The notes under the pieces are model-generated. The model did not search any database. It saw nothing but the letters and a program-made list of their open reading frames with translations, and was not told the origin of the DNA. From an uncultured Pseudomonadales bacterium (lineage in GTDB: Bacteria > Patescibacteriota > Microgenomatia > UBA1400 > CAYNFZ01): a stretch of 64,000 nucleotides of DNA. Position numbers and translations under genes: made by a program. The stretch lies in assembly GCA_964398525.1 (NCBI GenBank), contig CAYNMS010000003.1, positions 547 to 64,546 of the forward strand, in the 5' to 3' direction. Each line of letters begins with the position of its first letter. The first letter of the stretch is position 1. Below, in pieces: positions 44,026 through 54,299 of this stretch.

Positions 44026-45146
44026 TGCAGAACCTAGATCTGGCTCAAAAACTAATTAGCATTCCCTCCTATGTTGGTCCAAAAACCAACGAATCCATTC
44101 TTGGGGAGTTCATCCTAAACTACATTCGCAAATACACCTCGCTAACCATCATCAAACAACAACCTCTTCCAGGATCAAGCCGCTTCAATTTGATTGTTTC
44201 TGATGGATATCCTCCAAATTTAATTTTTATCAGTCACATGGATACCGTATATCCATCCGGTAACACCCAGTCAATGTTAACCCCCAGGATCAGTCAAGAC
44301 CAACTTCTAGGTCTTGGTGCAGCTGATATGAAAGGGGGTATGGCATCACTCCTTACTGCAGTCAGTAATTTCAACAAAACCCAAGGCCTCACCTTGATTT
44401 TCGACTGTGACGAAGAATCCTATTTTAAGGGGATCAAACAAATTCTCAAATCCTATTGTTTCCAACCTCAATTAGTTGTTTGTCCAGAACCCACCGACGG
44501 TAAAATAATTAATGGCTGCCGTGGTGTTATCGAAATTGAGTTTACTCTTAAAGGCAAGACTGCTCACGCCAGCATGCCTGAAAAAGGCGTCAACTCTATC
44601 ATTCAAAGTGTCCGGCTAGTCAATCGACTCACTCAATTTTTTTCTCAATCCCCTGCATCCGATCTTGGTCAAACGTCAGTCAACCTCGCCTACTTAAACG
44701 GAGGTCTCGTTGTCAATTCTCAGATAATAAATCAACCTAATTGTGTCCCCAATCAGGCCTATTTTACTCTTGACATTCGCCCAGCCAATCCAAAAATCAA
44801 TGCTAATCTTGTGATCGATCAGGCAATTAATCTTGCAAAACCTTTTCAACTTACTGTCTCAAAAGCTCAAATCAAACTCGACTACCCCTCCTACTTTACC
44901 CCTAAATCACAACTGCAAACTCTCGAAACCGTTCAACAACAAGTGCTTGGCAAAGTAAGTTATCAAAAACTTGATCAAGCTGGTTTTTTTGAATCAGCTA
45001 TAGTCAGTCGAAGTTGGAATTGTCCAGCTGTCAATTTTGGTCCTACCGGAACTTTTCATAATCCTAACGAGTATGTCTCTCTTGCTAGCCTCAACCAATG
45101 CCAACAAGTCTATCAACAACTAATTCAAGCCTACTGCACCCCATAA
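44025..45146 (+). CDS. M20-family metallo-amidohydrolase (ArgE/DapE-like)
   Basis: SHMDTV, GLGAADMKGG, DEE, EPT, GKTAHAS.P..G.N, FGP...H.PNE. Confidence 0.9.
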   Translation: MQNLDLAQKLISIPSYVGPKTNESILGEFILNYIRKYTSLTIIKQQPLPGSSRFNLIVSDGYPPNLIFISHMDTVYPSGNTQSMLTPRISQDQLLGLGAADMKGGMASLLTAVSNFNKTQGLTLIFDCDEESYFKGIKQILKSYCFQPQLVVCPEPTDGKIINGCRGVIEIEFTLKGKTAHASMPEKGVNSIIQSVRLVNRLTQFFSQSPASDLGQTSVNLAYLNGGLVVNSQIINQPNCVPNQAYFTLDIRPANPKINANLVIDQAINLAKPFQLTVSKAQIKLDYPSYFTPKSQLQTLETVQQQVLGKVSYQKLDQAGFFESAIVSRSWNCPAVNFGPTGTFHNPNEYVSLASLNQCQQVYQQLIQAYCTP

Positions 45147-45200
45147 TGGAGTGTATAGAGATAAAAGAACTAATATCTAACCAATTTTGGAGATGCTAAA

Positions 45201-46454
45201 ATGACACTTATGAATAATAACACCCCCCAAACCCTCAAAGGCTTTCGTGATTTTCTCCCTACCGAAAAAAGAAAACGGGACTTCCTTGCCTCCAAATTAA
45301 CTCAAGTTTTTGCCCTCTACGGCTTCGAACCATTAGAGACACCCACGCTCGAATATGCTTCCCTCCTCTTAGGTAAATACGGCGATGAAGCCGACAAGCT
45401 AGTCTATACATTCACTGATAGAGGAGGGCGTGAAATAGGTTTACGATACGATCAAACCGTACCTACTGCTCGGGTTTTAGCTCAGTATCAGCATCAACTT
45501 CCCAAATATTTTCGCCGCTACCAAATTCAAAACACCTTTAGATCAGAAAAGCCACAGGCCGGTCGTTACCGGGAATTCACTCAATGCGATTTAGACATCT
45601 TTGGCAGCTCGGATCCACTTGCTGACGCCGAGATCTTAGCCGCTGTCTACGCTTCATACAAATCAATCGGCTTTGATCAAATCATTATCAAAATCAACGA
45701 TCGCCAAATTCTTTTTGATGCTCTCTCCCCTTTTTCATCTGCATCTATTTCAGTTTTCTCTCTTATTCAAACTGTAGACAAACTCGACAAGCTTTCCCTC
45801 GAGTCAGTCCAGGCAGAGCTCATTTCCAAGGGTCTTACTTCAGAACAAGCTTCTCAGGCTCTTGATCTCATTACTTCTACCCCAAAACCCAAATCTCTCC
45901 AAGCCATAACCAACAACGCGGTCAGTCTGGGTGTTCCCGACACTTCCCTTCAATTCTCCCCTACTCTCGCTAGAGGCCTTGATTATTACACCGGCTTAAT
46001 CATCGAAGTCCAAATCCCTCAGTTTACTTCCGGCTCAGTTGGTGGAGGAGGCCGATACGATAAACTCATCGAGGATCTCTCTGGAGTCTCCCTTCCCGCT
46101 GTTGGTTTTGCCTTTGGCTTTGATCGAACTCTTGAGGCAGCAGATACTCTCGGACTTATTCCTTCTGCCACCAATACCACTCAAGTCTTAGTCTCAATTT
46201 TTAGTGACCAAACCCTCAGCCAATCCCTCGATATTGCCACCTCGCTTCGTCAAGCTGGCATCTCCACCGAAGTCTACCCTGCTCTCGACAAATTAAGTAA
46301 GCAAGTTAAGCTTGCTAACCAAAAATCTATTCCCTGGGTAGTCATCATTGGTGACACCGAACAAGCCTCAAACCAAATTACCCTCAAAAACATGAACAGT
46401 GGCGACCAGCAAACTCTTTCACTAGACCAAGCCATCCAACTTATTCAGTCTTAA
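45201..46454 (+). CDS. hisS: Histidine--tRNA ligase
   Basis: KGFRDFLP, LRYDQTVP, GRYREFTQCD, RGLDYYTG, GGGRYD. Confidence 0.97.
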   Translation: MTLMNNNTPQTLKGFRDFLPTEKRKRDFLASKLTQVFALYGFEPLETPTLEYASLLLGKYGDEADKLVYTFTDRGGREIGLRYDQTVPTARVLAQYQHQLPKYFRRYQIQNTFRSEKPQAGRYREFTQCDLDIFGSSDPLADAEILAAVYASYKSIGFDQIIIKINDRQILFDALSPFSSASISVFSLIQTVDKLDKLSLESVQAELISKGLTSEQASQALDLITSTPKPKSLQAITNNAVSLGVPDTSLQFSPTLARGLDYYTGLIIEVQIPQFTSGSVGGGGRYDKLIEDLSGVSLPAVGFAFGFDRTLEAADTLGLIPSATNTTQVLVSIFSDQTLSQSLDIATSLRQAGISTEVYPALDKLSKQVKLANQKSIPWVVIIGDTEQASNQITLKNMNSGDQQTLSLDQAIQLIQS

Positions 46455-46500
46455 TTTGGCACCTCTACCAATTTTCACTCTTAACCATTATCCTATTTAA

Positions 46501-47442
46501 GTGAAACCCTCCCGCTCCCTTGCTTATCTGGCTCTTATTCTCAACGCTGCCATTTGGGGTGCCGCTCTACCGATTGTAAAACCCGCACTCGAGTATGTTA
46601 CTCCTTATCAGTATCTTTTCTATCGCTACCTTATCGGCACGATTTTTATCTTTCCCCTTTTTATCTATCTAATCAAACGCCACCCTCTCAAACCTCGTCA
46701 ACTGCTGATTATTATCGCTTTAGAATCCCTCGTCATGGTCATTGGCCATTCTCTACTTTACCTGGGGCTGGATCTAACCACCTCTCTTGAAGCCTCCATT
46801 ATTGGTATTACTTCCCCTGTTTTTATCACTCTAGGTGGATTATTTTTTCTCAAAGAAAAAGAAGAGCGACATGAAGCTGTCGGACTTTTCATCGCTTTAG
46901 CCGGCACTTTAATTGTCACTCTCGAACCGTATTTAAGTTCAAACCGGCTCTCACTAGGTGGCACTCAAGGCAATCTTTTGGTGCTGTCGTATGTCCTTAT
47001 CTGGACCTTTTACAACCTTGTGGCCAAACGCATTTATCCCAAAATCAACAAGCTCCTTATTACTTCTATTGGCCTTTTCTCGTCAACCCTCGCTTTGGGC
47101 TTTTTGGTGTTATTAGACCAACCCTTAAGTCCACTTGCCGCCCTTAATTTTCACACCAACCTTCTTTTCCAACCATCCGTCCTTTTTGCTTCCCTTTACA
47201 TGGGGACCCTCGGCACCATTGCTGCGGTTTCCCTTTATATCTACGGTCTAAGCCACATCGAAGCCTCCGAAGCTTCTCTTTTTTCGTATCTTCAACCCCT
47301 TGTAGCCATACCTTTAGCCGTCGTTTGGCTTTCAGAACCATTTTCTCTACTCTCCTCTGCTGGCTTAATTTTTATAGCTTTTGGCGTCATTATCGCCCAA
47401 ATTCGTACATCTACCCGCAAAAAGAGCCATCGTAAGTACTAA
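46501..47442 (+). CDS. EamA/DMT-family transporter
   Basis: IWG, two EamA repeats, FLKE, LQPLVA..LA...L.E. Confidence 0.9.
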   Translation: MKPSRSLAYLALILNAAIWGAALPIVKPALEYVTPYQYLFYRYLIGTIFIFPLFIYLIKRHPLKPRQLLIIIALESLVMVIGHSLLYLGLDLTTSLEASIIGITSPVFITLGGLFFLKEKEERHEAVGLFIALAGTLIVTLEPYLSSNRLSLGGTQGNLLVLSYVLIWTFYNLVAKRIYPKINKLLITSIGLFSSTLALGFLVLLDQPLSPLAALNFHTNLLFQPSVLFASLYMGTLGTIAAVSLYIYGLSHIEASEASLFSYLQPLVAIPLAVVWLSEPFSLLSSAGLIFIAFGVIIAQIRTSTRKKSHRKY

Positions 47443-47475
47443 AACTTGCTTCTATCAGCTAGAATATCTATATTC

Positions 47476-48117
47476 ATGCACATTCACCATAAACTTGAGA
47501 AACTTTTCTCCAAATACACTCCCATTAATTGTAAAAAAAACGAAGCCCTTATTGCCGGCAACAACCCCACCGGTGTCTTTTATCTATCTCAAGGATACAT
47601 TCGCCAGTGCTCGGTTTCCCCCTCCGGAGCTGAAACTCTTCTAAATCTCTACAAACCAGGGACCTTTTTCCCCATGACCTGGGCCATTGCCGATATCCCC
47701 AACACCGATTTTTTTGAAACTTTAACTCCCATCAAAGCCTGGAGGGCTCCCAAACATGCTGTTGTAGATTTTCTCAGACAAGAACCAGAGGTGCTTTTTG
47801 ATCTTACCCGTCGTCTATTAATCGGTCTGGACGCCACTCTAGATCGGCTTGAAAGTTTTTACCTTCACGAAGCTGACAAAAAAACTCTTTTGGCCTTGGT
47901 GATTTTGGCAAAGCGATTTTCCAGTAATATTGATTCCAATTCGCCGATTATTGATCTTCCTATCAAACAGGAAGCTCTGGCAACTCTCGCCGGCACCACC
48001 AAAGAAACTTTTAGCCGAGAAATGAGCAAACTTAAAAAAGAAGAACTTATTTCTTACAACCGCGGTCAGATCATCATCCACGATTTTGCCCAACTAAAAA
48101 AAAGACTTTACACTTGA
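47476..48117 (+). CDS. Crp/Fnr-family transcriptional regulator
   Basis: cNMP-binding-like N-domain; HTH QEALATLAGTTKETFSREMSKL. Confidence 0.9.
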   Translation: MHIHHKLEKLFSKYTPINCKKNEALIAGNNPTGVFYLSQGYIRQCSVSPSGAETLLNLYKPGTFFPMTWAIADIPNTDFFETLTPIKAWRAPKHAVVDFLRQEPEVLFDLTRRLLIGLDATLDRLESFYLHEADKKTLLALVILAKRFSSNIDSNSPIIDLPIKQEALATLAGTTKETFSREMSKLKKEELISYNRGQIIIHDFAQLKKRLYT

Positions 48118-48172
48118 CCTTCCCAAAACCCACTCTTCCTGATAAAATTACCCTTCATTAGAAAGGTTTATT

Positions 48173-48496
48173 ATGAAAAACAATACTCATCCAACTTATT
48201 ACCCCGATGCCCAGGTTGTCTGTTCTTGTGGCCATAAATTTACCACTGGCTCAACCATCAAAGACATCCACGTCGACATTTGCTCGAATTGTCACCCCTT
48301 CTTCACTGGAGAAATGAAATTTGTTGATACTCAAGGCCGAGTTGAGCGTTTTGAATCCATGCGCCAAAAAGCTCAATCTCTCCAACAAACTCGAGGAAAA
48401 AAGAAAAAGAACCAAGCTGTCTCAGATGATTCTGATTCTCCCAAAACCCTCAAGGAAATGCTCGAAGACGTCAAATCCAAAAGCGCCACCCAATAA
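48173..48496 (+). CDS. rpmE: 50S ribosomal protein L31
   Basis: [26 protein letters not shown]. Confidence 0.96.
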   Translation: MKNNTHPTYYPDAQVVCSCGHKFTTGSTIKDIHVDICSNCHPFFTGEMKFVDTQGRVERFESMRQKAQSLQQTRGKKKKNQAVSDDSDSPKTLKEMLEDVKSKSATQ

Positions 48497-48555
48497 CTTT
48501 GCCTGTCACCTTTCGCTTACCTCCTGTGCTCAAACGCATATGTTAAGCTAATTCC

Positions 48556-49461
48556 ATGAACCAAACTGTCATAGATCAACTCCAAGGTCAGTTAAATACT
48601 CTTGAAGCTAAGCTTCAGGAATCTCAAGCCCTCCTCACCGATCCCGAACTTGGTCCCCTTGCCCAAGCAGAAATCGAGAACCTCAAATTACAACAATCTG
48701 CCCTCCAAGAGTCACTCCAATCCCTCCAAAACTCCTCAACCTCATCTCCCACACCAACCTCCTCTTTTAAACACATCACCCTCGAAATCCGGCCTGGAGC
48801 TGGCGGTGAGGAAGCAAAAATTTGGGTAGACGACCTGATTCGTATGTATTCACGTTATCTCGAAACTCACCCTTTCAAATTCGAACAGCTTGATGTCTCG
48901 GTTCTTAAAATTCGCGGCGAAAATGCTTTTCAAACTTTTAAGTACGAATCCGGTGTTCACCGGGTCCAAAGAGTTCCCGCCACCGAATCTCAGGGTAGAA
49001 TTCACACCTCAACTGCCTCAGTTGCCGTGCTGCCCATCATCCCCCAAAACCAACTTGCTATTCGCGATGAAGATCTCGATTGGCAATTTTTCCGCTCCGG
49101 TGGTCATGGTGGCCAAAATGTCAACAAAGTCAGCACTGCGGTTCGCCTCACCCATACCCCCACTGGGACAGTTGTAACCTGCTCGTCGGAACGAAGCCAG
49201 TCTCAAAACCGTGAAATTGCCTTAGACATGCTTCGGTCTCAAATCTGGGAACAACAAGAAGAAGAACGGCTCGGAAGCCTTGAAGAAAAGCGTCGCGCAG
49301 CCATAGGCCGAGCTATGAGAGCTGAAAAAATTCGCACTTATAATTTTCCTCAAAACCGTCTAACCGACCATCGCCTCAACCAATCATGGCACAATCTGGA
49401 AAACATACTTGATGGTAATTTAGATGATGTCCTCGAGGCCCTCCAAACCCTGTCAGAGTAA
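48556..49461 (+). CDS. prfA: Peptide chain release factor 1 (short)
   Basis: HRVQRVPATE (PxT), GGQNVNK, EKIRTYNFPQNR. Confidence 0.93.
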   Translation: MNQTVIDQLQGQLNTLEAKLQESQALLTDPELGPLAQAEIENLKLQQSALQESLQSLQNSSTSSPTPTSSFKHITLEIRPGAGGEEAKIWVDDLIRMYSRYLETHPFKFEQLDVSVLKIRGENAFQTFKYESGVHRVQRVPATESQGRIHTSTASVAVLPIIPQNQLAIRDEDLDWQFFRSGGHGGQNVNKVSTAVRLTHTPTGTVVTCSSERSQSQNREIALDMLRSQIWEQQEEERLGSLEEKRRAAIGRAMRAEKIRTYNFPQNRLTDHRLNQSWHNLENILDGNLDDVLEALQTLSE

Positions 49462-49462
49462 C

Positions 49463-50620
49463 CTATTCGTCCTCTAGAGTACTCGACAAACTTACCTCCA
49501 CTTGCCTGGTCTCTCCATCACGCCACAGTTCCAAAGCTACCCTTTCACCAGATCTTTTTTTCCCAATTATCTCAGCCAAAGTGTTCTCTTCGTCCAAATT
49601 TTCCCCATCAATTTTGGTAATTATATCCCCTTGCTCTATTCCGGCCGTTTCCGCTGCTGATCCTGGTATCACTTCCCGTACATATGCCCCCGCTGGAACT
49701 TCGTTCATCAACGCCACATCACGGCTAATCAGCTGATAACTCACTCCCAAAAAGGCCCTATCAAATCTGCCAGTTTCCTCAAAATTAGTCAGCGATTCTT
49801 TTAATATATTTATTGGTATAGCAAACCCAATGTTTTCTGCCCCCGCACTCACTGCCGTATTAATGCCTATCACTTGACCAGCACTGTTAAGCAAAGGTCC
49901 ACCTGAGTTGCCCGGATTTATAGCCGCATCTGTTTGAATTACATTGTCTAGTTCTTCAATAAAACCTCCAAATTGTGAACCTGCTTGAATCCCCCGACCT
50001 AAACCGGAAATCACCCCCGTCGTAACTGTGTGTCTAAACTCACCCAAGGCAGTTCCAATCGCAATTACAAACTGCCCGACCTTCAGATTTTCTGAATCCC
50101 CCAATTCGATCGAGGGTAAATTATTATTCTCTACTTGAAGTATGGCTAGATCATTGGCCGGATCACGATAAATCTGCTCCACCCTGTGTTCATTACCGTC
50201 CCGGTCAATAATCGTATACTCTGCACCAGCCTCCCCCACTACATGCTTATTAGTAACCACCAAGCCGTCACCCACCACAAAACCAGATCCTATATCTTGC
50301 TCTATAGTTTCAGTCCTCCCTTCCCCTCTACCAAAAAAACCAAACGGATTCGCAAACGGATCGATAATTTGTCTCTCTTGCGTAATCGAGACCGTTACCA
50401 CACTTGGTGCCACTCTCTCCGCTACATCTACCACTACCGATTCTTCTCTTAAAATTCTCTGAGTTATCCCTCCATTGCTTTCTATACCCTGACGGGGAAA
50501 CAAATTTTCCAAAGGCTCAAAAATAAACAACCTATCAGCCACAGCCCCAGTCAAAGCCGCAATAACCAGCAATACAAAAAATGTCAGTCCCAAAGTCAAA
50601 CTTGTAACAGCTCGTTTCAT
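49463..50620 (-). CDS. HtrA/DegP-family serine protease with one PDZ
   Basis: TNKHVV, DLA, QTDAAINPGNSGGPL, PDZ. Confidence 0.95.
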   Translation of the reverse strand: MKRAVTSLTLGLTFFVLLVIAALTGAVADRLFIFEPLENLFPRQGIESNGGITQRILREESVVVDVAERVAPSVVTVSITQERQIIDPFANPFGFFGRGEGRTETIEQDIGSGFVVGDGLVVTNKHVVGEAGAEYTIIDRDGNEHRVEQIYRDPANDLAILQVENNNLPSIELGDSENLKVGQFVIAIGTALGEFRHTVTTGVISGLGRGIQAGSQFGGFIEELDNVIQTDAAINPGNSGGPLLNSAGQVIGINTAVSAGAENIGFAIPINILKESLTNFEETGRFDRAFLGVSYQLISRDVALMNEVPAGAYVREVIPGSAAETAGIEQGDIITKIDGENLDEENTLAEIIGKKRSGERVALELWRDGETRQVEVSLSSTLEDE

Positions 50621-50661
50621 TAAGTCCGCATTTTAAATATTGCTTGTCAAAACTTCAACCT

Positions 50662-51915
50662 CTACAACGCCTCCATCGCTCTCACCACTACTGGGTCCGG
50701 TGCGTCAGCCTCCAAAGTACCTGAAATACTTGCTTCAATGTCCGGTTCTAGTCCATCCTCATGAATCCAATCTCCCTTAGGCAGCAACCATCGTGCTGTA
50801 GTGATGTGAATACCTGTTCCGTTTCTCAATTCCTCAGCATTCTGTACTGTTCCTTTTCCAAAACTTCTCTCTCCTACTAATGTTGCTCCCAATCTGTCTC
50901 GTAGTGCCCCCGCCACAATCTCACTCGCCGATGCGCTTCCTCGGTTTATTAATACCACTACCGGTACATCGTTTAATCGGCCTTGTCGATTAACACTGTA
51001 TGTTTCAGTCATGTACTTACCCTGCTGTTTAACCACTACCCCCGAATCAATAAATTCACTGGCTATAAATATCGCCCCGTTTAGGTAACCACCAGGATTA
51101 TTCCTCATATCCAATAGCACTCCCGCCAAATTATCTTTTCGTGCCACAATATCACTTACCGCCTCGTTCCATTCTTCCTCAGTTCTGCCTCCAAAACGTG
51201 ACAAAGTCAGATGTGCCACCTCTTCGCCTTGATTGTTAGTTACATATTCAAGCTCGACCGATGGAATCACAATTGTTTCGCGAGCCAGTTCCACATCAAA
51301 AGGTTGGCCACCGTTATTTTCTCTAAACATAGTCAGAAGCACCTTGTTTCCATGATCCCCTCTAATTATCGACACCGCCTCTGGCAGGCTCATTCCAGTT
51401 GTATCTGTGTCAATGCCCTTATTCTTATCCACTATTCGCAAAATATAGTCTCCCGCTTGTATCCCCGCCGCCTCTGCCGGCATTCCCTTTAAAGGTGCCA
51501 CCACCGCCAATTGATTCTTTCTATACCCTAGTTGAATCCCTACCCCTTCAAAAGATCCAGATAAGTCTTCATTCGATCTCTGTTGTTCCTCAGGTGGCAA
51601 AAACACTGTATACGGGTCCCCCACCGCCGACACCATGCCCTCAATTGCCCCATAAACCATCATTTCACTATCCAATTTTTCGCTATCCAAATAATCTTTT
51701 TCTAATTTACGCCAAACATCCCAGAACAGAGAAAAATCAATTTCACTGTATTCCTGAGGTACTTCTGTGTTTACCACAATTTTAGGAGTCTTGGTTTCAC
51801 TCTCCAAGCTCAATTCACCTTTACCAAACCAATAACCCACTCCCAAACCTGTCGCCACCAAGCTACCGGCCAGAAAAAAATTTCTCAAATGTCTTAGTTT
51901 TAGGCGAAAACGCAT
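50662..51915 (-). CDS. S41 carboxyl-terminal protease
   Basis: DPYT, PDZ, DMRNNPGG, SASASEI, SFGKG. Confidence 0.95.
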   Translation of the reverse strand: MRFRLKLRHLRNFFLAGSLVATGLGVGYWFGKGELSLESETKTPKIVVNTEVPQEYSEIDFSLFWDVWRKLEKDYLDSEKLDSEMMVYGAIEGMVSAVGDPYTVFLPPEEQQRSNEDLSGSFEGVGIQLGYRKNQLAVVAPLKGMPAEAAGIQAGDYILRIVDKNKGIDTDTTGMSLPEAVSIIRGDHGNKVLLTMFRENNGGQPFDVELARETIVIPSVELEYVTNNQGEEVAHLTLSRFGGRTEEEWNEAVSDIVARKDNLAGVLLDMRNNPGGYLNGAIFIASEFIDSGVVVKQQGKYMTETYSVNRQGRLNDVPVVVLINRGSASASEIVAGALRDRLGATLVGERSFGKGTVQNAEELRNGTGIHITTARWLLPKGDWIHEDGLEPDIEASISGTLEADAPDPVVVRAMEAL

Positions 51916-51961
51916 GCCCTATACTATACCCGAACTAAATTACAATTTCATCCAAGTATTT

Positions 51962-52201
51962 TTAGCCCAAGACCGCAATAAATGGCAATCTGGCCAGATG
52001 ACGAGCTCTTTTAACCGCTATCGCCAGTCTCCTTTGGTGCTTCTGACAAAGTCCCGTGCGAGCTCTACCTAAAAGCTTGCCTCTCTCAGTTACAAAATTA
52101 GACAAAACCTCATGTTCCTTATAACTAGGAGTGCTGTTTCTCTCACAAAAACTGCACTTAGCATTACTGGCTCTAAAAATTCTTTTTCTTTGTTTTATCA
52201 T
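51962..52201 (-). CDS. rpsR: 30S ribosomal protein S18
   Basis: C..C, YK...L..FVTERGK, QRRLAIAVKRAR. Confidence 0.95.
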   Translation of the reverse strand: MIKQRKRIFRASNAKCSFCERNSTPSYKEHEVLSNFVTERGKLLGRARTGLCQKHQRRLAIAVKRARHLARLPFIAVLG

Positions 52202-52210
52202 TTTTTCTCC

Positions 52211-52714
52211 TTAAAAAGGTATATCATCAACGTCTACTTTGTCATCCTCTGCTTCAGCCGCTTTAGTAGCCGCTTTTTCTGTCTCAGGCTCAGGCTCTGC
52301 TTGCTCATCCTCATAAACTTCCTGCTCTGCCGGCGCGCTGTAGTTATCCTGAGGTGCATACCCACCCGCTGACTTGGGTGCTCCCAATGCAATCATATCT
52401 TCAATAACAATTTCAGTTACTTGTCTTTCCTGACCATCCTGACCTGACCATCGTCTGGTTTGAAGTCTGCCTTCGACATAAACTTTTCGACCTTTAAACA
52501 AAAGCTGGGAACAAATTTCTGCTAGTTTAGACCAGGCTACAACTCGATGAAATTCTGTCTCTTCTTGGGTTTCTCCCCCATCTGAGGGTGTCCACGATCG
52601 ATTAGTAGCAATCCCAAAGGTACACACCGCCGTTCCACTGGGTGTATATCTCAACTCAGGGTCCCTAGTTAAATTTCCCAAAATCATTACTTTATTAAGT
52701 GATCTAACAGACAT
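52211..52714 (-). CDS. ssb: Single-stranded DNA-binding protein
   Basis: NKVMILGNLTRDPELRYT, C-terminal DDIPF. Confidence 0.97.
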   Translation of the reverse strand: MSVRSLNKVMILGNLTRDPELRYTPSGTAVCTFGIATNRSWTPSDGGETQEETEFHRVVAWSKLAEICSQLLFKGRKVYVEGRLQTRRWSGQDGQERQVTEIVIEDMIALGAPKSAGGYAPQDNYSAPAEQEVYEDEQAEPEPETEKAATKAAEAEDDKVDVDDIPF

Positions 52715-52761
52715 GTTTTCCTCCTTTGCCTCGGTTGCGAGTTCTTACCGTGGGCAGTGTC

Positions 52762-53049
52762 TTATTCTTCTCTGATTAATAATTGTCTTAAGATGCCTTT
52801 TTGCAATCTCAGTTCAGTTTCAAATTCCATCACTTTTTCTGCTGGCAAAACCAACTTCCAAAATAAATAAATTCCCTCACCATACTTTGCAATCGAATAG
52901 GCTAATTTTTGCTTGCCTTCCTCTTCCATTTCCACCACTTTACCCTTGTATTTTTTCACCAAATTCTCCACACTGGCAATCGCGCTCGACAACCCTTTTT
53001 CTTTCAATACCGGCGCAAATATCACCGTCAACTCGTAATTTCTCTTCAT
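52762..53049 (-). CDS. rpsF: 30S ribosomal protein S6
   Basis: MKRNYEL, G.QKLAYSI, ILRQL; start at ATG 53049. Confidence 0.92.
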   Translation of the reverse strand: MKRNYELTVIFAPVLKEKGLSSAIASVENLVKKYKGKVVEMEEEGKQKLAYSIAKYGEGIYLFWKLVLPAEKVMEFETELRLQKGILRQLLIREE

Positions 53050-53179
53050 GGTAGTTTTAGGTTTGGGTCTGAGTTCGTCTTCTGACAAACCCACCTTTAC
53101 CTACCTTACTAATTTTATTAACCCGTGTATGTTACCACAATCCCTTACTCTTCACAATCTGGGCTACCTCAAGTTAAAT

Positions 53180-54274
53180 CTAGCTACCAATCTTAAATTC
53201 CACCACATCTCCTTCTTTCATTTCATACTCTCTCCCTTCCAATCTCAATTTGCCGTTCTCTCGAGCTGCCTTCATTCCTCCCAATTCAACAAAGTCCTCA
53301 AAATCTATCACTTCCGCCTTTATGAATTTCCTTTCAAAATCTGTGTGAATCACTCCTGCTGCCTGAGGCGCCCTAGTTCCCTTCTCTATGGTCCACGCTT
53401 TCACTTCCTTTTCCCCAGCCGTCAAAAAGCTAATTAGTCCCAATCTCTCATAAGCAACCTTAATTAGCCGTTCCAACCCGCTTTCTTTAACTCCCAATTC
53501 ATCCAAATAGGCTCTAGCATCCGCCTCATCCAAAACTGCCAACTCACTCTCAACCCTGGCGCTAATTACCACCACATCCAAAGCCTCCAACCCCAACTTA
53601 CCTGCCGCTCCAATTCTTACCGACTCTGCCTCCACCAACCTCTCCTCCCCTACATTTACCACAACAATTTGCTTTTTGGCCGTCAACAAAAACCACTCCC
53701 TTATCTCTTCCAATTCATCTTCTCGCAGTATTTCCCTCACTCTCTTGCCTTCATTAAAACCCAATCTCAATTTATCTACTAAGCTCATTTGCGCGATAGC
53801 TTCTTTGCTTCTTTCCTTCTTAAGCCTTAATGTCACATTCTCCAAAGTTTCCAAGTCTTTTAAGATCAACTCGTTAATCACTGTTTGGTAATCCTCTTCC
53901 AAATTAGTTCCCGTTCGCACCACCTCCCCATCCTCAAAGTCCCTCACCACATGAGCCATTACATCCACTTCTCTCACGTGCGAGAGAAACTTATTTCCCA
54001 ATCCCTCTCCCTTATGCGCTCCAGCCACCAGTCCGGCAATGTCCACAAACTCTACCGTTGCCGGCACCAATGGCGGCTTCACTCCTTCCGTTTCTTCTAT
54101 TACCTCTGCCAATTTTGCCAGCCTCTCATCCGGCACGGGCACCACTCCTACATTTGGCTCAATCGTGGCAAACGGATAATTTGCCGCCAACGCTTGCTGC
54201 CGCTTTAAAAGCGCATTAAACAAGGTGCTTTTACCCACATTGGCTAACCCCACAATTCCAATCTGTAAACTCAT
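53180..54274 (-). CDS. ychF: Redox-regulated ATPase YchF
   Basis: GIVGLANVGKSTLFNAL, ANYPFATIEPN, DIAGLV, AAGVIHTDFE. Confidence 0.96.
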   Translation of the reverse strand: MSLQIGIVGLANVGKSTLFNALLKRQQALAANYPFATIEPNVGVVPVPDERLAKLAEVIEETEGVKPPLVPATVEFVDIAGLVAGAHKGEGLGNKFLSHVREVDVMAHVVRDFEDGEVVRTGTNLEEDYQTVINELILKDLETLENVTLRLKKERSKEAIAQMSLVDKLRLGFNEGKRVREILREDELEEIREWFLLTAKKQIVVVNVGEERLVEAESVRIGAAGKLGLEALDVVVISARVESELAVLDEADARAYLDELGVKESGLERLIKVAYERLGLISFLTAGEKEVKAWTIEKGTRAPQAAGVIHTDFERKFIKAEVIDFEDFVELGGMKAARENGKLRLEGREYEMKEGDVVEFKIGS

Positions 54275-54299
54275 ATCCCCGTATGATAACAAATCAAAC

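Noticed and set aside
41792-45146. Lysine (DapF/DapE) or staphylopine biosynthesis operon
   Set aside because: No other dap genes and no cntL/cntM. The epimerase motifs are CntK-type and the leader senses His, not Lys. Not formally excluded without assays.
48556-49461. Short RF1 as a pseudogene or sign of recoding
   Set aside because: PxT and GGQ motifs are intact in an uninterrupted frame, and TAA, TAG and TGA all serve as stops in this window.
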